A stretch of 52,294 nucleotides of DNA from an uncultured Bacillales bacterium (GTDB lineage: Bacteria; Bacillota_I; Bacilli_A; RF39; UBA660): the NCBI GenBank assembly GCA_947164795.1, contig CAMUXV010000004.1, forward strand, positions 1 to 52,294, written 5' to 3'. A program made the position numbers and the translations under genes. Under the pieces are notes generated by a model, which made no database searches, was not told where the DNA came from, and worked only from the letters and a program-made list of their open reading frames with translations. How positions within the stretch are numbered: position 1 is the stretch's first letter; every line of letters begins with the position of its first letter. Positions 39,703-48,761 of this stretch are shown piece after piece.

Positions 39703-40441
39703 ATGGCAAAAATAGTTTTACTTCAATAAAATCTGTTGATGTTGATATATCAATATTTTTATTAAGATTTAGTTCATATTGATGATGAAGATAATTAGCC
39801 ATCATATCTGCAGCTTGAATTCCATAATTATGTTTTGAGTTATAGTGGACTACTTCTACGGTTAATTTATTTTTTAGTATAGGATTTCTTATTACAGAAT
39901 AATCAAAATTAGATATGCCATTAACTAATTCTTCATATATACTTTCTTTTAAATTATAATATCCATTTGATTTAGTAGTGTCCTGATCTATTTTAATAAA
40001 TAATTCTAATTCTTTGGTAGGATCAATCTTACCATTTTTAATTGAATATAATACTATTTCTTTTATTATTCTTTTTTGTGAATAATCTATAAACCTACCA
40101 CGAGATGCTTTACTTTCCATTATCTTTGAATATACTTTTTTATTATCTATAAAAATACCAAAATTATTTTCTTTTTTTATTAAGTTATATATCCATCTTC
40201 GATGACTACTGCTTAATCTTGTAGTTCCTTTTATTTCAATACATTTTTTATTACATTTATGAATGTCATTATTACAATACTTGCATTTTAATTTATTTAT
40301 TAGTCCTCTATATTTATTAATAAAGTCACTTATTTTATTTGCATTATAGAAAAATAATCCACCATAGATACAAGAAGTCTCATTATTATTTAGTTTTCCT
40401 GAATCATCCATATAAATATATAGTTCTTGTTTATTACTCAT
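39701..40441 (-). CDS. DUF3800 domain protein (RNase H-like fold)
   Basis: N-terminal YIYMDDSG, IEIKG, IKIDQD, C-terminal SK...IQAADMMAN (QxxD). Confidence 0.85.
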   Translation of the reverse strand: MSNKQELYIYMDDSGKLNNNETSCIYGGLFFYNANKISDFINKYRGLINKLKCKYCNNDIHKCNKKCIEIKGTTRLSSSHRRWIYNLIKKENNFGIFIDNKKVYSKIMESKASRGRFIDYSQKRIIKEIVLYSIKNGKIDPTKELELFIKIDQDTTKSNGYYNLKESIYEELVNGISNFDYSVIRNPILKNKLTVEVVHYNSKHNYGIQAADMMANYLHHQYELNLNKNIDISTSTDFIEVKLFLP

Positions 40442-40614
40442 TTCTTACTCCTTTCCATTTTAATTATTTAACGTTTATACTATCACATAAATAGAATGAA
40501 GTCTATATGAGTTTACACTTTATTTGTAAGAAATGCATGATAAGAATATACTAGTGATATTATTAGTATTTATAACTATTATATATAAAGGAATAAAGTT
40601 ATAACTATTTATAT

Positions 40615-40641
40615 TTTCTACTTTACAGTGTAAAGTAGAAA
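40615..40641. repeat. Perfect 12-bp inverted repeat
   Basis: TTTCTACTTTAC-AGT-GTAAAGTAGAAA between the divergent DUF3800 and rnj genes. Confidence 0.85.
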
Positions 40642-40785
40642 TGTCATGCCATAAAATATTTGAAATAGACATTTGCATTTTTTATTATTTTGTAGTATAA
40701 TTTGTCTTGTGTGTTTATTCTTTTAAATTCTAATTTTTATTTTATTTATGAACGATATTTTAAAATTAATGAAAGGAGAAAATTA

Positions 40786-42459
40786 ATGAATACAAAGATT
40801 ATTCCTCTAGGAGGAATGGGTGAAGTTGGAAAGAATATGTACACTGTTATGTACGATGATGAGATTATTATTGTCGACTGTGGTGTTATGTTTCCCGATG
40901 ATGATTTACTTGGTATAGATTATGTTATACCTGATTTTGCTTTTCTAAAAGAAAATGAAAGTAAGATTAAAGGATTATTTATTACGCATGGACATGAAGA
41001 TCATATTGGTGGTATTCCTTTTTTACTACAGACAGCGAATATTCCTAAGATATATACTCCTGCGAATGCAAAAGAACTTATTGATAAAAAATTAGAAGAA
41101 AGAAATATTATTTATAACGATATGGTTATTTATAATGAGGATATGGTAGTTAAAACAAAACATTTTAAGATAGAATTTTTTAGAACGACACACTCAATAC
41201 CAGATTCTCATGGACTTGCTATTGATACTCCTGATGGTACTATTGTTATGACCGGAGACTTTAAATTTGACTTAACTCCTATTGGTCCGATGGCTAACTT
41301 ACATAAGATGGCTAGAATTGGTGAAAAGGGAGTTAGTGTACTTATGAGTGACTCTACGAATGCATTATCTCCTGGTGTATCTCTTAGTGAGTCGGTTGTT
41401 GATGAGAACTTAGGTGAAATATTTGCTTCTTGTAAGTATAATAGAATTATTCTAGCTACATTTGCTTCGAATGTATATCGTATTAAACATATTATTGAAA
41501 CTTGTAAAAAGAATAATAGAAAGATTGCACTATTTGGTAGAAGTATGGAAAATACTGTTGATATAGCTATTAAATGTGGGTATATTAAAGATAAAGATAT
41601 TGTAATAACTGCTGAAGAAGCAAATCATATGAAACCAGAAGAAGTATGTTTACTATGTACTGGTAGTCAAGGAGAACCACTAGCAGCATTATCTAGAATT
41701 GCATCTGGAAGTCATAGACAGATTACGCTTATGCCTAATGATGTAGTTATATTCTCATCTAGTCCTATACCAGGGAACACATCATCAGTATCTAAAACGA
41801 TTAATAAACTATATAAAAAAGGTGTTAAAGTATTTACTAATGCTGGTAGTGATATTCACTCTTCTGGTCATGCTAATCAAGAAGAACTTAAGTTAATGTT
41901 AAGACTATTTAAACCCAAATATTTTGTTCCATATCATGGAGAATTTAGAATGCTTAAGATGCATACTGATTTAGGTATTATGTGTGATGTTCCAAGAGAA
42001 AATACTTTTGTACTAGAAAACGGTGATGTTCTTGATCTTAAGAAAGGTGTTGTTACTCCTAACGGTCATGTAGAGGCAGGCGATGTATATGTCGATGGCT
42101 CTCGTATTGGAGAAGTAGGTAGTGCAGTTATTAAAGATAGAATTCTTATGAGTACTAATGGTATTCTTGTTATTATTGCTAATATGGATATTGCTAAGAA
42201 GAAATTACTTGGTGTACCTGCTATTACAACAAGAGGTTATATTTTAGTAAATGAGAATACAGATTTAATTCATGATATACAAGCTAAAGCTGCTGAAATA
42301 ATTGAAAATCATTTAAGTAATAATACTTTTAATTTTAATGATATGAAGAATGAAATGATTAATGGTCTAATACCAATACTATCTGATAAAACTGGTAGAG
42401 TACCTATTATTCTTCCTATTGTTATGGATGTTAAGTCTGAAAAAGTTGGAGTAAAATAA
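40786..42459 (+). CDS. rnj: Ribonuclease J
   Basis: PLGGMGEVGKN, THGHEDHIGG, HSIPD, TGSQGEP, HSSGH, PYHGE; start 40786 after AAGGAG. Confidence 0.97.
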   Translation: MNTKIIPLGGMGEVGKNMYTVMYDDEIIIVDCGVMFPDDDLLGIDYVIPDFAFLKENESKIKGLFITHGHEDHIGGIPFLLQTANIPKIYTPANAKELIDKKLEERNIIYNDMVIYNEDMVVKTKHFKIEFFRTTHSIPDSHGLAIDTPDGTIVMTGDFKFDLTPIGPMANLHKMARIGEKGVSVLMSDSTNALSPGVSLSESVVDENLGEIFASCKYNRIILATFASNVYRIKHIIETCKKNNRKIALFGRSMENTVDIAIKCGYIKDKDIVITAEEANHMKPEEVCLLCTGSQGEPLAALSRIASGSHRQITLMPNDVVIFSSSPIPGNTSSVSKTINKLYKKGVKVFTNAGSDIHSSGHANQEELKLMLRLFKPKYFVPYHGEFRMLKMHTDLGIMCDVPRENTFVLENGDVLDLKKGVVTPNGHVEAGDVYVDGSRIGEVGSAVIKDRILMSTNGILVIIANMDIAKKKLLGVPAITTRGYILVNENTDLIHDIQAKAAEIIENHLSNNTFNFNDMKNEMINGLIPILSDKTGRVPIILPIVMDVKSEKVGVK

Positions 42460-42460
42460 A

Positions 42461-42494
42461 AAACTTTATAACATTTGTTATAGAGTTCTTTTTT
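42461..42494. terminator. Terminator between convergent rnj and amidase genes
   Basis: AACTTTATAAC-ATTT-GTTATAGAGTT flanked by A and T tracts. Confidence 0.7.
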
Positions 42495-43863
42495 ATTCTC
42501 TAACTATTAGTATTTGACCGATACTTAGTAAATTAGATGATAGATTATTTAATTGTTTTAGCCTATCAACAGTTGTGTCAAATTTTCTTGCGATACTGTA
42601 TAGAGAATCTCCTCTTTCCACAGTATATGTTGTTTCTAATGATTGAAAAGCAGGTATTTTTAGTATTTGACCAATAGACAAAAGATTATTTTCTAAATTA
42701 TTTAATGATTTTAGTTCATCAACAGTTGTGTTGAAATCTCTAGCTATGCTATATAGAGAATCTCCTTTTTGTACTGTGTATGCTGTACTACCTTGTGATT
42801 CTTCCACAGTAGGTATTCTTAGTACTTGTCCTACTGTTAAGATATTACTTTCTATATTGTTTACCTCTTTTAAAGCATCCACAGTGGTGTTATATTTAGA
42901 AGCAATACTGTATAGGGAGTCTCCTCGTTGGACTATGTAAGTGTCCTCTGGTACTAGATTACTAGGTAATTTTAGTAATTGTCCTATCATTAAAGTATTA
43001 TTAGTTAAATTATTTAATGATTTTAACTCATCAACAGTAGTGTTGTTATCTAGAGCTATTTGATATAAAGTATCTCCTCTTTTTACGATATAGATATCTT
43101 CTTCATTATCAGTTATTGTTTCCATAGGTACTCTAAGTATTTGTCCTATAGACAAGGTATTACCTTCAATATTATTAATTCTTCTTAGTTCATCCACAGT
43201 AGTACCAAGTCTATTAGCAATAGAATATAGAGTATCTCCTCTTTGTACAGTATAAGTATTAGATATCATATTACCTGGAGGAGTATATGGCACTCCTATA
43301 TAATTTGATACAGCTTGTACTACTGCCTCCACTAAATCTTGATAATTGTTATTTAAGAAATTAACATCTTTTTGATTATCAATAAATCCATACTCTACGA
43401 TTAGAGGTTCTGTCCTTCCGGTATTACGATGGATAAAATAATAATCTTTAGATGGATTACTAGGTAATCTTCTTTGATAATATTTTCTTGTTGTTTGTCC
43501 AGTTCTTCCAATATTATTTAAGATATTCTTAGCTAAGGTATCAGGATTTCTTAGAGCATAAATGACTTCCGCTCCCTGTCCACCACCTGAATTAATATGA
43601 TTAGATAATACTATTACATCATCATTATTACCAAATTTAGATAAGATACTATTTACTCTTTCAGTAGGAGATAAAGTAACATCACTATCACGAGTTATGG
43701 CTACTGGTACTCCTAGTTCTTTAAATCTATCATACATATATTTAGAAATCAAAAGAGTGTAATCTTTTTCTAGGGCATTATTACCTACAGCACCTGAATC
43801 AGTACCACCATGTCCTGGATCGATTACAATCTTTCTTACTTCTCTATCTTCATTATTATACAT
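42493..43863 (-). CDS. N-acetylmuramoyl-L-alanine amidase (Amidase_3) with five LysM repeats
   Basis: IDPGHGG, EKD, SNHIN, VEYGF; five Y.V.[RK]GD[ST]LY.IA repeats. Confidence 0.95.
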   Translation of the reverse strand: MYNNEDREVRKIVIDPGHGGTDSGAVGNNALEKDYTLLISKYMYDRFKELGVPVAITRDSDVTLSPTERVNSILSKFGNNDDVIVLSNHINSGGGQGAEVIYALRNPDTLAKNILNNIGRTGQTTRKYYQRRLPSNPSKDYYFIHRNTGRTEPLIVEYGFIDNQKDVNFLNNNYQDLVEAVVQAVSNYIGVPYTPPGNMISNTYTVQRGDTLYSIANRLGTTVDELRRINNIEGNTLSIGQILRVPMETITDNEEDIYIVKRGDTLYQIALDNNTTVDELKSLNNLTNNTLMIGQLLKLPSNLVPEDTYIVQRGDSLYSIASKYNTTVDALKEVNNIESNILTVGQVLRIPTVEESQGSTAYTVQKGDSLYSIARDFNTTVDELKSLNNLENNLLSIGQILKIPAFQSLETTYTVERGDSLYSIARKFDTTVDRLKQLNNLSSNLLSIGQILIVRE

Positions 43864-43880
43864 ATAATCACCTTCGTGAT

Positions 43881-43906
43881 ATTATATGTAAATATCCTAT
43901 TTTGGT
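43881..43906 (-). promoter_or_regulatory. Putative SigK-type promoter of the amidase
   Basis: - strand AC-16-CATATAAT. Confidence 0.5.
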
Positions 43907-44052
43907 TAATTTGTTTATTTATGGCAAATTGCTCTCTTCAGGGGGTCAATTTTTTATACGAGTTATCTCTTATACAAAAGTTTAAATTCCTTATAAAATA
44001 AGGTTTTATGGAACTCTAAGATTTATTATAGTTTATTAAAATTTGTATGGGT

Positions 44053-44076
44053 GTTAATGTAAAAGTTAATGTAAAA
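44053..44076. repeat. Tandem 12-bp direct repeat at the island edge
   Basis: GTTAATGTAAAA x2. Confidence 0.85.
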
Positions 44077-44092
44077 ATAAAATCTAGCTATT

Positions 44093-46801
44093 TTAACTAG
44101 ATTTTATATGTGCAACTATTTCATCATTATATTTGTTCTTAAATATATTAAAATCTCTCCTATTAACAGAACTTTTTATTTGTTCAATGACATGTTCAGC
44201 AGTTTCTACAGTCCAAAATACAGTTAGATATTTTTTTGCTCTAGTTACAGAAGTATAAAATATATTTGAAGATATCATTTTTTCAATATCTTTCGTTATA
44301 ACAACCTTGACAGAATTATATTCTAATCCTTGTGCTTTATGTATTGAAATGGCATATGCAATATTAAATGGAACGATATTATTTTTATCATCATCGTCAT
44401 CATCATTTTCAAATTCTTTATCTATCGAAAATCCAATTACAGATTTATTAGAATTAATAACATCCAGTTCATTTAATGGTTTTTCTATTTCAACTTCAAA
44501 ATACATAGTTTCAGCATCTTCTTTTATATTTGAAATAACTCCTTTTAAATTATTATATAGCACCTTTTTAAACCTCTCAGTTTCAAAGAATAATACTTTA
44601 TCACCAACTTTATAAGTCTTAATTCCGAATTCAAATTTAGGATTCGGGTTGTTGTCTTGCAAATACTTATTAATTTGATTAATTCCGTATAATCCATCAT
44701 ATCCTAAGCACAAAATTATTTCATCATTATCCTTTTTTCTAAATATTTCCGTATTAAGAGGAGAACTTAAATGTTTAGAAGCCATATATTCTGTTATTTT
44801 ATCATCAAAATTTCTAACTTTATCCCATAATGTTAATAAAACTTCCTCATTGCTTCTAAAAGTTTCAGTTAATTCATATATTGAATTATTATTAATAAAT
44901 TGCTTACAGAAATAAAACCAGTTGCCAAATCGAATAGATTCAATTTGATATATGTCACCAACTAGAAGTAACAATGTATAATTGCTTTCAGACAAAGCTT
45001 TTAGTATATCCTCATTACTAACAGTACTACATTCGTCAACCACCAATATATCACAACACTTATTTATATATTCATTCTTGTTATATTCAGCTATTGTGTA
45101 AAAAACCGAATTATTAACATTAACCCTATGTTTTAAGTTTTCTACTGCTGTATTTGTGTTAGCAAGATATATTTTTGTTTTATCTGATAAATATTCAGAT
45201 AACGAATTTATTATTGTTGTTTTTCCAGTTCCAGCTGGGCCATATATTAAAGCAACTCTTGAATCGCAATACATTTTTCTAAGAATATCTTTTTTTTCAT
45301 CAGAAATACTTGTAGAAAATCCAATTTCATCCTCCCAAAATTCAAATGATTCTTTATATCCTTCAATACCCTTATTAGTCAAATCATTTATCAAGTTAAT
45401 TATGTCTATTGTACTTTTTTCATATCCTATCATAAACACATTGTTGCTTTCTTTAACAATTTTCAATAATTTTTGATTTCTATAGAGTTTTGAGTTAAAA
45501 ATGTTTATTAACTCATCAATATTTCCATATTCAGCTAATTCATCAATAGGTGTATATAATATTCCTCGTTGTTCTATATTGTTTAATATATGTCTTGCTA
45601 ACAATTGATAATTATTATCCTCATCTTCTTGTGACATGAACAAATCTTCACCACTAGGAGTATGTTGCGAAAGAGACAAAATAAATGGCAATTTTTCAAA
45701 AGGAAAGCATTGCCTTTTTAGACATAAATTCGAAAGATACTCATTTGGAATATTTTTATTTAACTGTCTCTTGATGTATATATTTTTAATAGTATATATT
45801 AAATATCTTAACACTCTATATCCAGGCTTTTTATTATTGATTATTTCTCTTAAGCCATCAAACAATTGAAATAAATAATTAGTAGGAGCTTCACCTATAT
45901 TTTTTATTTCATTTAAATATAAATCGTTAGGCAACAATAATAAATATAATAAATTATTATTAGTATTTGTTAAATAATTCATTAATTTATTATACTCTAT
46001 CATGTTACTTTTAACTACAGAATTTATATTTAATATTTTTGCTAAATTGTTGAACTCGCACGATCTAATAGCTACTCGCCAATTGTTAATTATCTTTACA
46101 GAAGTATCAGAAGAAAACAATTTTATTTTCTTTTCAAACAAAGAAATGGTAATAGCATAATTTGGTAATATATCTTCTTTTGTATATGCGATAATTCTAT
46201 CAAATTTATTGATTTTATCTGAAGCTATTGATAAAGTTATCTCATAATAAATATTATCGTTAATATATAATGGTTTAATTTTTTCTACATAATATCTTGC
46301 ATTATTAATTTTCTTAGATTCGTTATCAATTGATTCTATAACTTCTGCAATTTTTTTATAATATTCATCCAAAGAAGAATCATTATTTAAAGGATAATCT
46401 TTAATGTTTATTAGTATATCTAAATTAAATTCATCTTTTACATATTCTTTAGTTTTTAATAGATAATAGTAATACTTCTGCATTAAAAGTTCAGCGCCAT
46501 TATAATCTGGTGTATAATGCGACTTTGATGACTGCAAATAGCGATGAAAATCATATAAAAACCTAGGGTTACATCTTCTGTCTAATTCTTTATAAGCTGT
46601 TTTTTTATCCAAAAAAGAATTGCTAAGGTTGGCTTTGAATTTTTTGTTATACCATAACACAATTATATCTTCTATCAAATTTCTTAATTGTGACAAAATA
46701 TTTTGAGATAGTAAACCTCGTTCCAAATAATCCTTTTTTGAAATGTTATCATCAATGGTGATATTAGCATTATTAATTTCGATTACAACAGATTGATTCA
46801 T
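44093..46801 (-). CDS. RecD-like SF1 helicase with a long uncharacterised N-terminal region
   Basis: GPAGTGKTT, VVDECS, LVGDIYQ, TETFRS, AISIHKAQGLEY, YTSVTRAK; start 46801 after AGGAGG. Confidence 0.9.
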   Translation of the reverse strand: MNQSVVIEINNANITIDDNISKKDYLERGLLSQNILSQLRNLIEDIIVLWYNKKFKANLSNSFLDKKTAYKELDRRCNPRFLYDFHRYLQSSKSHYTPDYNGAELLMQKYYYYLLKTKEYVKDEFNLDILINIKDYPLNNDSSLDEYYKKIAEVIESIDNESKKINNARYYVEKIKPLYINDNIYYEITLSIASDKINKFDRIIAYTKEDILPNYAITISLFEKKIKLFSSDTSVKIINNWRVAIRSCEFNNLAKILNINSVVKSNMIEYNKLMNYLTNTNNNLLYLLLLPNDLYLNEIKNIGEAPTNYLFQLFDGLREIINNKKPGYRVLRYLIYTIKNIYIKRQLNKNIPNEYLSNLCLKRQCFPFEKLPFILSLSQHTPSGEDLFMSQEDEDNNYQLLARHILNNIEQRGILYTPIDELAEYGNIDELINIFNSKLYRNQKLLKIVKESNNVFMIGYEKSTIDIINLINDLTNKGIEGYKESFEFWEDEIGFSTSISDEKKDILRKMYCDSRVALIYGPAGTGKTTIINSLSEYLSDKTKIYLANTNTAVENLKHRVNVNNSVFYTIAEYNKNEYINKCCDILVVDECSTVSNEDILKALSESNYTLLLLVGDIYQIESIRFGNWFYFCKQFINNNSIYELTETFRSNEEVLLTLWDKVRNFDDKITEYMASKHLSSPLNTEIFRKKDNDEIILCLGYDGLYGINQINKYLQDNNPNPKFEFGIKTYKVGDKVLFFETERFKKVLYNNLKGVISNIKEDAETMYFEVEIEKPLNELDVINSNKSVIGFSIDKEFENDDDDDDKNNIVPFNIAYAISIHKAQGLEYNSVKVVITKDIEKMISSNIFYTSVTRAKKYLTVFWTVETAEHVIEQIKSSVNRRDFNIFKNKYNDEIVAHIKSS

Positions 46802-46825
46802 AAGTATCCTCCTAACAAAGCAAAA

Positions 46826-46887
46826 AGATATCATAATAATGATATCTCAACTATGTTAATTATACCGCTTTTTAATTAATTTGTAAA
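46826..46887 (-). promoter_or_regulatory. SigA promoter and leader inverted repeat of the helicase gene
   Basis: TTTACA-17-TATAAT, then AGATATCAT-TATT-ATGATATCT followed by TTTT before the RBS. Confidence 0.6.
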
Positions 46888-46992
46888 ACTATTCGGAACT
46901 ATCTTATTCTAAATTAGAAAAATTTTCTTTTGATTTCTTTTATTCAAATTTCTCAAAATAACATTTATTAAATATGTATATTTAATAAATAA

Positions 46993-48747
46993 TTAGAAGT
47001 TTGACAAATCTGAAATACGTTGCAAATATTTTTTTACTTCAGGATACTTTCTATCCATTTCAATAATGTTATCTTTTTCAATAACTTTACACACAAGTTC
47101 ACAAATATACTTTTTTAATGACTCAGCATTAAAATCAAGTCTCTCTTTATCAGTGTTATTAACTGAAACAATTTCATTAAGGAAGTCAAGAATATTCATC
47201 TTTTCATATACCTTATCATTTCGTTTTAATTGATCACTTTTTTTAATTTGATTATATTTTTTACTTTTCAAAAAATTATTAACACCTTTAAATAGTAAAT
47301 CTGGATATATTAAATCTTCGATTTCACAATTAACTTTTACATTGCCATCAACATTTACAATATTATCTGTTTTAATTATCATCTTATTATAATTCTTTAT
47401 CTTACTATCTAGTTTTTGTTTTTCTTCTCTACCGGCTTTATCATTGTCGAAAATACATAATATTTTTGGAACAAATTTTTCTTCATTTTTATAATATAAA
47501 AATTGTATTAATACCCCTTCTTTAGATGCACCTCCGGCTGGTAAAACTAATGGTAATCTTATCCCCAATTTTTTTGCTAATAAGCTGATATACTTTTTAT
47601 CTTCTTCACCTTCAACAATAATTGTTTCTGGAACCAATTCCCATGTATCATTATTTTCAATACCCAAGTGTTCCTTAATAGCATTTACTTTATCATAACC
47701 TTTTAATTCAGAAATATACGTTTCGGCTTTATAAAATTTTATACCAGGTTTTCTAGTATATTCAACAATTTTATTATCGCTTAAAAACAAATATGTATGT
47801 TCGATATTATTTAGATCGACAAATAAATTAGAATGTGTAGTAACAAAAACGTAATCACTCTTAGAAATATCAACCAAATCAGTCATTACTTGTTTTTGTA
47901 AACTAGGTTGTAGAAATGCTTCTGGCTCATCTAATCCCCAAATAAAAGTTTTGTTTTTCTTATTTGACATGTATCTTATTAAAGAAAATAAAATTATTTT
48001 TTGTATTCCACTTCCCTTAGTGTCTAACTTATAATCATTAGTATCAAAAACTGTGAAATCAGTCATCTCAGAAACTGCATCCGCTAATTTTTCGAAAGCT
48101 GGAAAGCCAATATTAACCTTCCAATTTTTTGTATCTATACCAGGGATATCATAAGTGGTAGTTCTAATCATACTAGTTATACTGTCTTCAATGCTTTTAA
48201 CCATTTGTTCAGAAATATCAATAAATTCCTGAAGTTTCTTTAACGCCTTATCTTGGCCCTTCTTATTTTTAAGTCCTAAATCTAATATCTCAGTATTTAC
48301 AATTTTGGCAATTAATTCTGGTATATTAATATTACTTGATTGCAAAAACACAAATTGAAATTTATCTAATACGTTATTAATTTCACTTTCACTAAGAGAA
48401 CGTTTATTTTTACCGAATCCTGTTACTGTTAATACTTTGTTCTTATTTTTGTATTCATAAAGCTTAGTAATTGTTACTACCTCATCTTTATATAAAAATT
48501 TGACAGTAATTTTTGTTGAAAAGCCTTGACCACCACTACCTTTTGCTATGTAATAAGGAACATCTGTATGTGGATCAAACTTGTTAGTTCCTTTGGAAAA
48601 AAATAAATCAATTGCCCTCAAAAAATTTGTTTTACCTACATTGTTAGCTCCACATATTGTTAACATATTATTAGAATTTATATCAATAGACATCTTGTTT
48701 ATTGATCTATATCTTATAATTGTTATATTTTTAATAACTATTTCCAT
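46993..48747 (-). CDS. OLD-family ATP-dependent nuclease (ABC ATPase + TOPRIM)
   Basis: GANNVGKT, KGSG, LDEPEAFLQP, TTHS; TOPRIM IIVEGEED, AGGA, FDND. Confidence 0.88.
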   Translation of the reverse strand: MEIVIKNITIIRYRSINKMSIDINSNNMLTICGANNVGKTNFLRAIDLFFSKGTNKFDPHTDVPYYIAKGSGGQGFSTKITVKFLYKDEVVTITKLYEYKNKNKVLTVTGFGKNKRSLSESEINNVLDKFQFVFLQSSNINIPELIAKIVNTEILDLGLKNKKGQDKALKKLQEFIDISEQMVKSIEDSITSMIRTTTYDIPGIDTKNWKVNIGFPAFEKLADAVSEMTDFTVFDTNDYKLDTKGSGIQKIILFSLIRYMSNKKNKTFIWGLDEPEAFLQPSLQKQVMTDLVDISKSDYVFVTTHSNLFVDLNNIEHTYLFLSDNKIVEYTRKPGIKFYKAETYISELKGYDKVNAIKEHLGIENNDTWELVPETIIVEGEEDKKYISLLAKKLGIRLPLVLPAGGASKEGVLIQFLYYKNEEKFVPKILCIFDNDKAGREEKQKLDSKIKNYNKMIIKTDNIVNVDGNVKVNCEIEDLIYPDLLFKGVNNFLKSKKYNQIKKSDQLKRNDKVYEKMNILDFLNEIVSVNNTDKERLDFNAESLKKYICELVCKVIEKDNIIEMDRKYPEVKKYLQRISDLSNF

Positions 48748-48761
48748 AAATCTACCTCTAA

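Noticed and set aside
42500-43260. Repeats with ~150-nt period that might suggest an array
   Set aside because: They are the five in-frame LysM coding repeats; I saw no CRISPR-like repeat-spacer array or cas gene in the window
44093-48747. Calling OLD + helicase canonical Gabija
   Set aside because: Helicase is RecD-like, much longer than GajB and separately promoted; kept only as a hypothesis
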